Below are positions 30,353 to 40,363 of a DNA stretch of 64,000 bases, one piece after another (the stretch's first letter is position 1; every line of letters starts with the position of its first letter). Origin of the DNA: a virus. The notes under the pieces are model-generated. The model worked only from the letters and a program-made list of their open reading frames with translations, did no database searches and had not been told where the DNA came from. The DNA lies in IMG/VR virus record IMGVR_UViG_3300031963_000013; one strand, written 5' to 3'. Position numbers and translations under genes: made by a program.

Positions 30353-31795
30353 ATGCTAGAAGGTTACATTGAAAAATCAAAAAGAAAAAAGATATTGTTG
30401 ATGGGAGACGATCTTAGGATGCACTCCGGTATCGCAACAATGTCAAGAGAAATCGTGTTAGGTACCGCTCACAGATTCAATTGGGTAAATTTAGGTGCCG
30501 CAATCAACCATCCAGATTTTGGTAAAAGGCTGGATCTATCACAAGACACAAACAATGTTACAGGTTTGAGCGACAGTAGCGTTATGCTGTACCCGTCAAA
30601 CGGTTACGGAACGCCAGAAGTAGTTAGACAACTTTTGGAGATAGAAAAACCAGACGCTATAATGCTTTTCACAGACCCGAGATATTGGATCTGGTTTTTT
30701 CAAATGGAAAGCGAGATAAGAAAGAAAATACCTGTAATTTACTACCACATATGGGACGATTATCCAGCGCCATTGTACAATTCTCCTTACTACGAATCTT
30801 GCGATTTACTCATGGGAATATCGAAGCAAAGTAAACTTATTAGCGAATTAGTGCTTGGAGATAAAATCAAAGGAAAAATATCCACTTACGTTCCTCACGG
30901 AATAAACGAAAAGTACTTTTACCCGATAAATGAATTCATGGTAGAAGACTATAAAAAATTGCAAGATGAAAAAAAGGCGATTTTTGGAGAAGACATTCCA
31001 GAGTTTGTTGTGTTTTACAACGCAAGAAACATCAGAAGAAAGTGTACATCTGATCTCATAGCAGCTTATTCTGTATTCTGTGATAAAATAGGAAAAGAAA
31101 AAGCAAAGAAGTGCGCTTTATTGTTACACACCCAAGCTATTGATGAAAACGGAACGAACTTAAACGCAGTAACAGAATTGCTCTGCGATCCTGAGTATCA
31201 AAAAGTAAAATTCGTACAACACTCGCTACCCACGGATGCCATCAACAGGCTTTATAACATGGCAGACGTTACGGCTCTAATTAGCTCTAACGAAGGTTGG
31301 GGACTATCTTTAACCGAATCGATGATGGCTGGCAGAATGATCATAGGCAACGTGACTGGAGGAATGCAAGATCAAATGAGGTTCGAAGATGAAAAAGGTA
31401 AATGGGTCAATCTAACCAAAGACTTTCCTTCAAACCACTACGGCAGATACAAAAAGTGCGGTAAATGGGCAGTACCAGTTTTTCCAACTAATTTAAGCCT
31501 TGTTGGATCGATACCAACTCCTTACATATTCGATGATAGATGTGATTTTAGAGACGTTGCTAAAGCTATAGAAGACATTTACAACATGTCACCTGAAGAG
31601 AGACAAGAGCGCGGGCTGGCAGGAAGGGATTGGGTTACTTCAGAAGAGTCAATGATGAGCTCAAAAAACATGTGCAATAACGTTATATTTTCTATAGAAA
31701 CAACATTCAAGAGTTGGAAACCAAAGAGCAAATTTGAACTCATAAAGATAGAAAAATTACCAAGAAAACAAATAAAACACAAACTAGTATACTAA
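30353..31795 (+). CDS. Glycosyltransferase GT-B (GT4-like)
   Basis: VPHGI, NARNIRRK, NEGWGLSLTESMMAG. Confidence 0.88.
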   Translation: MLEGYIEKSKRKKILLMGDDLRMHSGIATMSREIVLGTAHRFNWVNLGAAINHPDFGKRLDLSQDTNNVTGLSDSSVMLYPSNGYGTPEVVRQLLEIEKPDAIMLFTDPRYWIWFFQMESEIRKKIPVIYYHIWDDYPAPLYNSPYYESCDLLMGISKQSKLISELVLGDKIKGKISTYVPHGINEKYFYPINEFMVEDYKKLQDEKKAIFGEDIPEFVVFYNARNIRRKCTSDLIAAYSVFCDKIGKEKAKKCALLLHTQAIDENGTNLNAVTELLCDPEYQKVKFVQHSLPTDAINRLYNMADVTALISSNEGWGLSLTESMMAGRMIIGNVTGGMQDQMRFEDEKGKWVNLTKDFPSNHYGRYKKCGKWAVPVFPTNLSLVGSIPTPYIFDDRCDFRDVAKAIEDIYNMSPEERQERGLAGRDWVTSEESMMSSKNMCNNVIFSIETTFKSWKPKSKFELIKIEKLPRKQIKHKLVY

Positions 31796-31797
31796 AT

Positions 31798-33111
31798 ATG
31801 AAACCGTTATGCGTAATAAGCGCTCCAATAGACACTGCTAGTGGATACGGAGCCAGAGCCAGAGATTTTGTTAAAGCTCTATATGAATTGAAAAAAGATC
31901 AGTGGGAAATAAGATTGCTCTCACAGAGATGGGGTTCAACTGCTTGGGGATACATACAAGAACACGAATCAACGTGGGGTTTTTTAAACAATCTTATGTT
32001 GCCAAACAACCAACTCACAAGACAACCCGATTACTGGTTTCAGATTACTGTACCTAACGAATTTCAAAGAGTTGGAAAGCTAATGAATGTCGGATTGACA
32101 GCTGGAATAGAAACAACAATATGTCATCCGTCTTGGGTAGACGGGGTTAATAGAATGGACTTAACTCTAGTGTCTTCTGAGCACGCCAAAAACGTTTTTA
32201 AAAACTCACAATTCGAAGAGAGAGATCAACAGAACAATCTGAAGAGGAAGATATCCTTGGAAAAACCAGTAGAGGTGCTCTTCGAGGGACTTGACTTGAG
32301 TAGGTTTTTCTATATCGATGATAAAGACATACCTAAAACAGAAATAGCAGAATCTTTAAAACAAATTAACGAAGAATTTAATTACCTATTTGTTGGCCAC
32401 TGGTTGCACGGAGATAACGGAGAAGACAGAAAGAACATCTCAGGATTGATAAGGTTGTTTTTAGAAACATTCAAGAACAAGAAGAAACGTCCTGGTTTGA
32501 TTCTAAAAACCACAAAGGTAGCTAACAGCGTGATGGACAGAGATGAAATCTTGGAAAAAATAGAGAGCATAAGAAACTCTATCAATTCGAACGATTTACC
32601 GAACATATATCTACTTCATGGAGATCTTAATGAAGAGGATATGAACATAGTTTACAACCACCCGAAAGTGAAAGCTATGGTGTATTTTGGACACGGCGAA
32701 GGTTTTGGTAGACCACTACTAGAGTTTTCGATATCTAAGAAACCCATTATAGCATCGGGCTGGTCGGGCCATCTAGATTTTCTTAACAACGAGTATTGCG
32801 TTCTAATACCGGGAGAATTAAAAAACATTCATCCATCTGCGGTAGTAGAAAACATATTGATACCAGAATCCCAGTGGTTTAAAGTGGATGAAAAAGTTGC
32901 AAAAAAGTCTATGGAACAAGTCTACGAGAATTATAGCAAAGTAGTTTCTGAAAAATCCAGCAGACAATCCTATTACGTAAAGAGCAATTTTTCTTTTGAA
33001 AAAATGACTGAGAAACTTATGAACTACGTGGATGCTTTTCCAAAACCGGTAGAAGTAAAGCTTCCTACTCTCAAGAAAATTGAATTACCTTCTTTAAAAA
33101 AAATAGGATAA
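31798..33111 (+). CDS. Glycosyltransferase GT-B (GT4-like)
   Basis: SGYG, DRKN, GEGFGRPLLE, PIIASGWSGHLDF. Confidence 0.88.
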   Translation: MKPLCVISAPIDTASGYGARARDFVKALYELKKDQWEIRLLSQRWGSTAWGYIQEHESTWGFLNNLMLPNNQLTRQPDYWFQITVPNEFQRVGKLMNVGLTAGIETTICHPSWVDGVNRMDLTLVSSEHAKNVFKNSQFEERDQQNNLKRKISLEKPVEVLFEGLDLSRFFYIDDKDIPKTEIAESLKQINEEFNYLFVGHWLHGDNGEDRKNISGLIRLFLETFKNKKKRPGLILKTTKVANSVMDRDEILEKIESIRNSINSNDLPNIYLLHGDLNEEDMNIVYNHPKVKAMVYFGHGEGFGRPLLEFSISKKPIIASGWSGHLDFLNNEYCVLIPGELKNIHPSAVVENILIPESQWFKVDEKVAKKSMEQVYENYSKVVSEKSSRQSYYVKSNFSFEKMTEKLMNYVDAFPKPVEVKLPTLKKIELPSLKKIG

Positions 33112-33112
33112 C

Positions 33113-33340
33113 ATGAAAGACAAACACTTTGTAATATGGTTGAAGGGTTTCGTAACAGCTTGTCACAGTCATTTACCAACCCCTGCTCAGTGGGATCAAT
33201 TGGTAGAAAAACTAAACACTGTTAAGAGCGAGGGCGATAAACAAACACAAGATGATTGTTTGGCTCCAACTCTGGCTTCTTACTACTACTCGACAAACAC
33301 CAATCAAATAGCAAAAAGTAAAAAGATATTACATGACTAA
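33113..33340 (+). CDS. Hypothetical protein
   Basis: 75 aa coupled ORF. Confidence 0.55.
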   Translation: MKDKHFVIWLKGFVTACHSHLPTPAQWDQLVEKLNTVKSEGDKQTQDDCLAPTLASYYYSTNTNQIAKSKKILHD

Positions 33341-33785
33341 ACAAAAAACAGATTCATTGATTGATTGCCCGTTATGCAAAGAAAAATTCGCTTGTTATTC
33401 CATAAAGATGAATGAGAATAAAAACACCTACCTTTGCTTGGGGTGTGGCTACCAATCAAACGATCTCATGAAACAGGGAGATTTTGACGAAGAGCAATAC
33501 GAACAAGAAATGCCTGAGTTGTATAAAGACTTAAAGAGATTGGACGAAGAAAACAGGGTTTGGTATCCGTCTGTGGTGAATATTCAAGAAAAGGGCACAG
33601 TATTTGTTAATGGCACTTGTAAAGAAGACGCTAGATGGTCGGCGATAAAGAGCGTTGAATTGACAGAAGAAGAAAAACAAAAACCCATGTTCAAGGATAA
33701 AACTCACAAATCAGACTCATCAACTCTAAAGGACTTTGGATCAGATTATCTGAGCTGTCTAGAATATATTGGGATAGATGTGTAA
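33333..33785 (+). CDS. Zn-ribbon hypothetical protein
   Basis: CPLC...CLGC. Confidence 0.6.
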   Translation: MTKQKTDSLIDCPLCKEKFACYSIKMNENKNTYLCLGCGYQSNDLMKQGDFDEEQYEQEMPELYKDLKRLDEENRVWYPSVVNIQEKGTVFVNGTCKEDARWSAIKSVELTEEEKQKPMFKDKTHKSDSSTLKDFGSDYLSCLEYIGIDV

Positions 33786-33794
33786 AATTATAAT

Positions 33795-34415
33795 ATGGCA
33801 ACAATATCTTACGCGATTCCTGTTTGTAACGAACACGAAGAATTAGATAAACTACTGACTCTTTTAATTAAGTGTAAAAGAAAAGAAGACGACATAGTTA
33901 TACAGTGCGATCAAGGAAATACAACAAAACAGGTGTATGAAGTTATATCAAAACACAGTGATCACGTAAAAGTTGTGGAGTTTCCTCTTAAAGGAGATTT
34001 CGCAAGTTTTAAGAACAATCTAAAAAAACATTGTGTAGCAGATTGGATATTTCAAATAGACGCAGACGAACTACTGCACGAAGTATTTCTAGAAAATTTG
34101 CCTGAAATACTGGAAAATAATCCTGAAGTACAACTGTTTTGTCTTCCAAGAATTAACACCGTTGAAGGATTGACTCAAGACCACATAAACAAATGGGGAT
34201 GGAGCGTTAACGAGAAAGGTTGGGTTAATTTCCCAGATGTTCAAACTAGAATAATCCAAAATTCTCCAAAAATACAGTGGGTTGGTAAAGTACACGAAGT
34301 GATATATGGGCACAGTTCACAAGCAGTTTTACCAATTGAAGAGGCGTACTGTATACTACATCACAAACACATTCGTAGACAAGAAATTCAAAATACGTTG
34401 TACTCAATGATATGA
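33795..34415 (+). CDS. Glycosyltransferase family 2
   Basis: IPVCNE, WIFQIDADE, PDVQTR, VHE. Confidence 0.88.
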   Translation: MATISYAIPVCNEHEELDKLLTLLIKCKRKEDDIVIQCDQGNTTKQVYEVISKHSDHVKVVEFPLKGDFASFKNNLKKHCVADWIFQIDADELLHEVFLENLPEILENNPEVQLFCLPRINTVEGLTQDHINKWGWSVNEKGWVNFPDVQTRIIQNSPKIQWVGKVHEVIYGHSSQAVLPIEEAYCILHHKHIRRQEIQNTLYSMI

Positions 34416-34461
34416 AAAAAGCTTCAATAACTAGAGTATAATAAAATAAAAAAACATAGTT

Positions 34462-34716
34462 ATGGTAAATCAAGAAACATACCAAGATCAAGAGAGAGTT
34501 TATACAGAGATAAGACAAAGATACTGTTTGCACAATTGGGTATTTCACTACAACCCGTTTACAGAATTATGGAACGCGATACACCGTGATAGATATGTTG
34601 ATTATTGGTATAATACAAATTCAAATTACGTACTAAAAAGCACCCAAATATACACACTAGTAGATTTGATTTTAAAGATTGAAAACAATAAATTAAATTT
34701 AGAAGACATAAAATAA
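34462..34716 (+). CDS. Hypothetical protein
   Basis: 84 aa ORF with AGTTATG start. Confidence 0.55.
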   Translation: MVNQETYQDQERVYTEIRQRYCLHNWVFHYNPFTELWNAIHRDRYVDYWYNTNSNYVLKSTQIYTLVDLILKIENNKLNLEDIK

Positions 34717-34723
34717 TCGCATA

Positions 34724-36046
34724 ATGGTTACAGAAAAACAGATACTCGAACTTGTGGAAGAGTACATAAAACAAAAACACGGCCAAAAGTCTTGGAAAGC
34801 AGGAGAAGATTGGGTGCAGTACGCAGGTCCGTATTTTGATTCCGAAGAATACGTTGCAGCAGTAAAAACCCTTCTTGGAGAATGGTTGGTTTTGGGAGCG
34901 GAAGCGATAAAATTTGAACGTAAATTCCCAAAGAAGTTTGATAAAAGTTACGGTCTATTGACTAATAGCGGTTCAAGCGCTAATCTTCTTATGATGTTAG
35001 CGATGACTTCTAAAAGATACAAGAACTTTCCGAAAGGCACAAAAGTAATTACGCCTATCGCAGGCTTTCCGACAACAATCAATCCAATACTTCAAGTTGG
35101 ATTTACACCAGTTTTCGTTGATATAGAGTTAGAGACACTTAATTTAGACCTTGATCAGGTGGAGCAAGCTTGCATAAACAATCCTGATGCAAAGATAATA
35201 ACTTTCGCTCACGTGTTAGGTAATCCTCCAAACATGAATAGGCTGATGGAGATTGTTAAGAAGTACAATCTAATACTGCTAGAAGACTGTTGCGATGCTT
35301 TAGGTTCCACTTACGAAGGCAAAGCTTTAGGTTCGTTTGGAGAAATGGCAAGTTGTTCGTTTTATCCTGCACACCATATCACAATGGGAGAGGGAGGTTT
35401 CGTAGCAATGAACGATCCACAGTTGGAGAGAATAGTGAGGAGCTTTAGAGAATGGGGAAGAGGTTGTTACTGCGTTGGAAAACAGAACTTACTTGAAAAG
35501 GGATCATGTGGTTGTAGGTTTAACAACTGGGTACCCAGCATACCAGACGAATTATTCGACCACAAGTACGTTTACGAAGAGATTGGTTATAACCTAAAAC
35601 CTATAGAACTTCAAGCTGCAATAGGGCTGGTGCAAATGAATAAATTGGAAGAGATAGGGCAGAAGAGAAAAGAAAACTATAAAAATCTGTTTAAAGCATT
35701 TGAGAAGTACAAGCAATATTTTCACTTACACGAAGCTCAACAAGGTGCAGACGTAGATTGGTTTGCTTTTCCTGTCACAGTAAAAGACGGAGCTCCATTC
35801 AAAAGATCAGACATTTGTAAGTTCTTTGAGTCAAATAAAGTGCAAACAAGACCGTACTTCGCTGGAAACGTTATGCTGCAACCAGCTTACGAAGGAATTA
35901 TGGATCCAAAAGAGGTCATAGAAAAATACCCTGTAGCAAGAAAAGTTACGACAGACACTTTTTTCTTAGGTACTTCACCAGTAATTAACAAAGAGAAAGT
36001 AGATTACATAGAATCTGTATTAGATAAATTTATAGAACAGTTATGA
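34724..36046 (+). CDS. rfbH: NDP-4-keto-6-deoxyglucose 3-dehydrase (E1; RfbH/DdhC)
   Basis: NSGSSANL, EDCCDALG, SFYPAHHITMGEGG (His in place of PLP Lys), Fe-S motif GRGCYC..CGC, DHKY. Confidence 0.9.
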   Translation: MVTEKQILELVEEYIKQKHGQKSWKAGEDWVQYAGPYFDSEEYVAAVKTLLGEWLVLGAEAIKFERKFPKKFDKSYGLLTNSGSSANLLMMLAMTSKRYKNFPKGTKVITPIAGFPTTINPILQVGFTPVFVDIELETLNLDLDQVEQACINNPDAKIITFAHVLGNPPNMNRLMEIVKKYNLILLEDCCDALGSTYEGKALGSFGEMASCSFYPAHHITMGEGGFVAMNDPQLERIVRSFREWGRGCYCVGKQNLLEKGSCGCRFNNWVPSIPDELFDHKYVYEEIGYNLKPIELQAAIGLVQMNKLEEIGQKRKENYKNLFKAFEKYKQYFHLHEAQQGADVDWFAFPVTVKDGAPFKRSDICKFFESNKVQTRPYFAGNVMLQPAYEGIMDPKEVIEKYPVARKVTTDTFFLGTSPVINKEKVDYIESVLDKFIEQL

Positions 36047-37026
36047 AAATTTGTTTTTTGACGGAGATGGGTTTAGAAGGCAAAGTTCCAAGCAATCACA
36101 CAAACATGAGGACAGAATTCGCTTGGATGTTTGCACTTGATGCTGATCACAGACACATAAGAAATTATCATAATGTTGTAGGATACGATCATGTTTTTAT
36201 TATATTCCCAAAAGGCGAAGTGTATCTTAACGCTGTAGGTGGAAAGTTAGTAGATAAGAAAAATCCGGTTAGCGATTTACTACATTCAGACTTCATAGAA
36301 GTATTAAAAAGCAACAACAAAAAGGTTCACTACGTTCAAGAAGGCCCGCACTGGTTATATAACGACTATGAATTAGCGGATCAAATACAGTTTTATAACA
36401 TGCTCTCTGGATGCGATTCTATATTCTCACACAACGAATCAGATGTACAGTACTATAGAGGCTTGCTTCCAACGAAACGAGTGCATGTGATGCCGACTTT
36501 AATGATAGAAAGCGTAATATCAAAAATACAGCAGAAGACAGAGGATAAGACGATAATCGGGGGAAACTTTGCTAGATGGTACGGAGGATTTGAAAGTTAT
36601 ATAGTAGCTCAAGAGTTTGAAGTGCCTATTTGGGGACAAACGTCCCATGCAACCAGAGACGGAGAGAGCCAATTAGTAAATTTACTCCCAAGAGTGATGT
36701 GGACTGACTGGATGATGCAGCTAAGTTCTTTCAAATATGCAGTACATTTGATGCCCACAGCTGCAGCAGGTACGTTTGGGTTAAACTGTGCGTACTTTGG
36801 CATACCGTGCATAGGAAACGAAGACGTAGATACACAGAGGTTGTGCCACCCCGATCTAGCAGTAAACGTCAAAGATATGAAAAAAGCCAGATCTTTGGCA
36901 AATAAGTTGAAGCAAGACGAGGGATTCTATGAACACTGTTCTAATTTAGCTATAACTAACTGCGAAAGATACTATAGTTTAAAACATTTTAACAACACAC
37001 TTAAAAATATATTACATGAACAATAA
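36043..37026 (+). CDS. Putative glycosyltransferase (GT-B-like)
   Basis: Cluster context; C-terminal CAYFGIPCIG. Confidence 0.45.
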   Translation: MKICFLTEMGLEGKVPSNHTNMRTEFAWMFALDADHRHIRNYHNVVGYDHVFIIFPKGEVYLNAVGGKLVDKKNPVSDLLHSDFIEVLKSNNKKVHYVQEGPHWLYNDYELADQIQFYNMLSGCDSIFSHNESDVQYYRGLLPTKRVHVMPTLMIESVISKIQQKTEDKTIIGGNFARWYGGFESYIVAQEFEVPIWGQTSHATRDGESQLVNLLPRVMWTDWMMQLSSFKYAVHLMPTAAAGTFGLNCAYFGIPCIGNEDVDTQRLCHPDLAVNVKDMKKARSLANKLKQDEGFYEHCSNLAITNCERYYSLKHFNNTLKNILHEQ

Positions 37027-37747
37027 ACATGTGTTAGTAATTACCGGTTGCGATGAAGCCATGCATTCAGTGCTAGATCTTACTATACCTTCAAAATTAA
37101 GATACACTCAAAAACATGGATACGACTTTAATGTGCTGAGATCTTTTAGATCATTTCCGCACATAGGTGTAGATGCTAAAAACCCTATCGGTTTAGGATT
37201 TGCTCGTACCATACATGTATTTCAAATGTTAGAGCACTACGATGTTGTTATGTGGATAGATGGAGACTCTGTTATCACGAACGATAATTTTACAATAGAT
37301 GATTTTATAAATGATCAACATACGATATATTTTTCTTACGATTGGCCTGTTGCTATGGACGGTAGTACTGGCCACGTTGGATTTAGTGGTGGTAATTTTA
37401 TAATAAAATCCACAGAACACGTTGAAGAATTATATAGTACATTTATAGAATATAGTAAACATTTCTTAAACGATCACGGAGCAGACCAAACGTGTTTAAA
37501 CGTAATACACAATAACACACCACTTAGAAAGCACTACGGATTGTTAGAACACAAATACTTAAACGCAGTGCCTGAGTTTATAACAAGAACTAGCGTGTGG
37601 CAAGCAGATCCAAATAGAACTGGTCCAAATAGGCGTTTTAGTATACCTTCTCCGTGGAATAAAGATTGTTTTCTTGCCCACTTAACCGGATGTAATACGG
37701 CTGACAGAATAGATTTACTACAAAACGAGTTCAAAGATTATTTGTAA
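37016..37747 (+). CDS. Glycosyltransferase GT-A (GT34/MNN10-like)
   Basis: Y..KHGYD, VMWIDGD, DQ..LN, FLAHL. Confidence 0.75.
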   Translation: MNNKHVLVITGCDEAMHSVLDLTIPSKLRYTQKHGYDFNVLRSFRSFPHIGVDAKNPIGLGFARTIHVFQMLEHYDVVMWIDGDSVITNDNFTIDDFINDQHTIYFSYDWPVAMDGSTGHVGFSGGNFIIKSTEHVEELYSTFIEYSKHFLNDHGADQTCLNVIHNNTPLRKHYGLLEHKYLNAVPEFITRTSVWQADPNRTGPNRRFSIPSPWNKDCFLAHLTGCNTADRIDLLQNEFKDYL

Positions 37748-37748
37748 T

Positions 37749-39398
37749 ATGAAACAAAATAAGTTCAAAATAATAATCGCGTCTTATAACAATGAAGATT
37801 GGGCATATTACAATATAGTTAGTGTGCTCAATCAAACTTATAAAAATTTTAATGTAGTTTATGTTGATGACTGTTCTACAGATAATACCAATTCAATAGT
37901 ATCTGATCTTATAAAAAATGATAATAGATTTAATCTTATAAGAAACAAAACAAATCTTGGAGCCGATGGAGGAGCAATATATAACTATATTAGATTTTAC
38001 GAATCGCTAGAAGACGAAGAGATATGTGTATCTATGTGCGGAGATGATTGGCTGATAGATGAAAATGTATTAGAGAATCTAAATAACTACTACAACAAGT
38101 ACGATGTTTGGATGACATACGGAGAATTCTATGTTTACGATGGGTCAGAGGATGTTTTAAAAGCCAATCCACAAAATACCCCATATCCAGACTTTGTGCA
38201 TCAATATAAGCTATATAGAAAAGACATATGGAGAGCAAGTCATTTATTAACTTTTAGGGGATTTTTAGCAAAAAAGATAGATCTTAATGATATAAAATCA
38301 AGATACAATAACAAGTGGTTTTATCATGCACCTGACTTAGCTGTTGCTTATCCGTGTTTAGAAATGTGTCCAAAAGAAAAGATAGGTGTTGTTGATTTTC
38401 CAACATATGTTTGGAATTCAAGCGAGCAGTGTCAAGTAAGAACTAGGCACAGAGAGTCTGAAGACAACATGAAATATGAAATCGAAATTAGAAACAAAAA
38501 ACACTACAAGGAGGGTTTAACTGGAGAAAAATTACCTCAGATAAACGCTATTGGTGGAAGTAGAGAAAACAACGATATACCAAAAGATTTTACTTATGTG
38601 TATAATATGCGTGATGGAGAATTTGATGCTGTCATAATACCTGATATGGAGATCATTAGATACATTGAAGGGCAAATATGCATAGACAAGAAGTGTCCAG
38701 TGATAGCTGATATACACGAACCTCCTTATTTGTTTGAGCAACAGAGAGTTTACGATACTGTATACAAAAACTATAAGATGTTTGATCGTATACTCACTTA
38801 CGATGAAAGACTACTAACACTACCAAACGCAGTATTCAGAAACGGAGGGTACGAATGTGTATTAAATAAAAGCGTACACACTGAAGAATATCCGACATTA
38901 TCAGACGCCAGTCTATATTCAATATATGATAAAAGTAAAAGCGTATCTATAATAAGTTCGAACAAAACATTTACGGATGGCCACAGATACCGCGTATCTT
39001 GCGTAGAATTAATAAGGCGTAACGATCAGAGTGTGGACATTTATGGAATGGGTTATAACCCAATAAATGGAAAATTGATCGGTTTAAAAGATTATAAGTA
39101 TTCTATCGCTATAGAAAACGGTGTATATAAAAACTATTTTACTGAAAAAATATTGGATTGCTTTTTAACAGGCACTATTCCAATCTATAGGGGATGTACA
39201 AACATTTTAGATTTTTTTAATCAAAAAGGAATAATTACTTTTGATACCCATGAAGAGCTTTTAGAAGTATTAAAAACAATAAGAAATGGTGGTTATGATA
39301 TAGACAAGACAATTATAGAGGAGAACTACGAATTGGCTTTGAAGTATCGATACGACAATGATAAGATATTTAATAAATACATAAAAGATTTAATATGA
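37749..39398 (+). CDS. Two-domain glycosyltransferase (GT2 + GT10 fucosyltransferase-like)
   Basis: IASYN, VDDCSTD, GDDW; C-terminal YKYSIAIEN..YFTEKILDCF..GTIPIY.G. Confidence 0.8.
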   Translation: MKQNKFKIIIASYNNEDWAYYNIVSVLNQTYKNFNVVYVDDCSTDNTNSIVSDLIKNDNRFNLIRNKTNLGADGGAIYNYIRFYESLEDEEICVSMCGDDWLIDENVLENLNNYYNKYDVWMTYGEFYVYDGSEDVLKANPQNTPYPDFVHQYKLYRKDIWRASHLLTFRGFLAKKIDLNDIKSRYNNKWFYHAPDLAVAYPCLEMCPKEKIGVVDFPTYVWNSSEQCQVRTRHRESEDNMKYEIEIRNKKHYKEGLTGEKLPQINAIGGSRENNDIPKDFTYVYNMRDGEFDAVIIPDMEIIRYIEGQICIDKKCPVIADIHEPPYLFEQQRVYDTVYKNYKMFDRILTYDERLLTLPNAVFRNGGYECVLNKSVHTEEYPTLSDASLYSIYDKSKSVSIISSNKTFTDGHRYRVSCVELIRRNDQSVDIYGMGYNPINGKLIGLKDYKYSIAIENGVYKNYFTEKILDCFLTGTIPIYRGCTNILDFFNQKGIITFDTHEELLEVLKTIRNGGYDIDKTIIEENYELALKYRYDNDKIFNKYIKDLI

Positions 39399-40363
39399 AA
39401 AAAATAGTATACGTTACAGGTTGTCTAGGTTTTATAGGATCTTACGTAACAAGGAAATGTTTAGAACTCGGTTGGTATGTTAAAGGAGTTGATAAGATAA
39501 CTTACGCGGCTAATAAAGATTTGCTTACTGAGTTTAAGAAAAATAAGAACTTTTCGTTTGTACACTGCGATATAAACGAATTGACTTTTCTTTACGATTG
39601 CGATTATGTGATAAACACGGCTGCCGAAACACACGTAGGTAATTCTATAATGAGTAGTTTAGAATTTGTAAAATCAAATATAGATGGCGTACACAATTTA
39701 CTTGAGTTAATAAAAAACTATAGAAGCGAAAATGGCAAAAAACCAGCGTTGATACATTTTAGCACAGACGAAGTTTATGGAGATATAGAAAGCGGAGATC
39801 ATTACGAAACAGACACGCTAAAACCTAGTAACCCATACTCAGCTACAAAAGCGGCCGCAGACATGCTCGTTATGGCTTGGGGAAGAACTCACAATATCCC
39901 ATACATGATTGTTAGACCTACAAATAATTACGGAATGGGTCAATATGTTGAGAAACTCATACCAAAAGCAATAAAGTTTTTGAATATAGGTAGGAAAATA
40001 CCTTTACACAATAACGGAGAACCCTATAGAAACTGGTTACACGCAGAAGATACTGCTACTGCAGTAATTACATTAATCGAAAAAGGAAAAATAGGAGAGA
40101 TATACAACGTAGCTGGTGGATTTGAACAACAGAATATAGATACTATAAAAAAGATAATTACAGAGTACGTAGAAATAGCAAACTGGCAAGACTTTTACGA
40201 CATAGAACATTACGTAGATTTCTCTTGCGACAGACCTGGTCAAGACGTACGCTACGCATTGAACGATGATAAACTAAGATCTTTAGGTTGGTCACCAAAA
40301 AAACAGTTTGATGCAGAATTAAAACATATTGTAAATTATTATAAGAACAAATTTGTATGGTAA
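39395..40363 (+). CDS. rmlB: dTDP-glucose 4,6-dehydratase-like
   Basis: GCLGFIG, AAETHV, STDEVYG, YSATK, RPGQDVRY. Confidence 0.9.
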   Translation: MKKIVYVTGCLGFIGSYVTRKCLELGWYVKGVDKITYAANKDLLTEFKKNKNFSFVHCDINELTFLYDCDYVINTAAETHVGNSIMSSLEFVKSNIDGVHNLLELIKNYRSENGKKPALIHFSTDEVYGDIESGDHYETDTLKPSNPYSATKAAADMLVMAWGRTHNIPYMIVRPTNNYGMGQYVEKLIPKAIKFLNIGRKIPLHNNGEPYRNWLHAEDTATAVITLIEKGKIGEIYNVAGGFEQQNIDTIKKIITEYVEIANWQDFYDIEHYVDFSCDRPGQDVRYALNDDKLRSLGWSPKKQFDAELKHIVNYYKNKFVW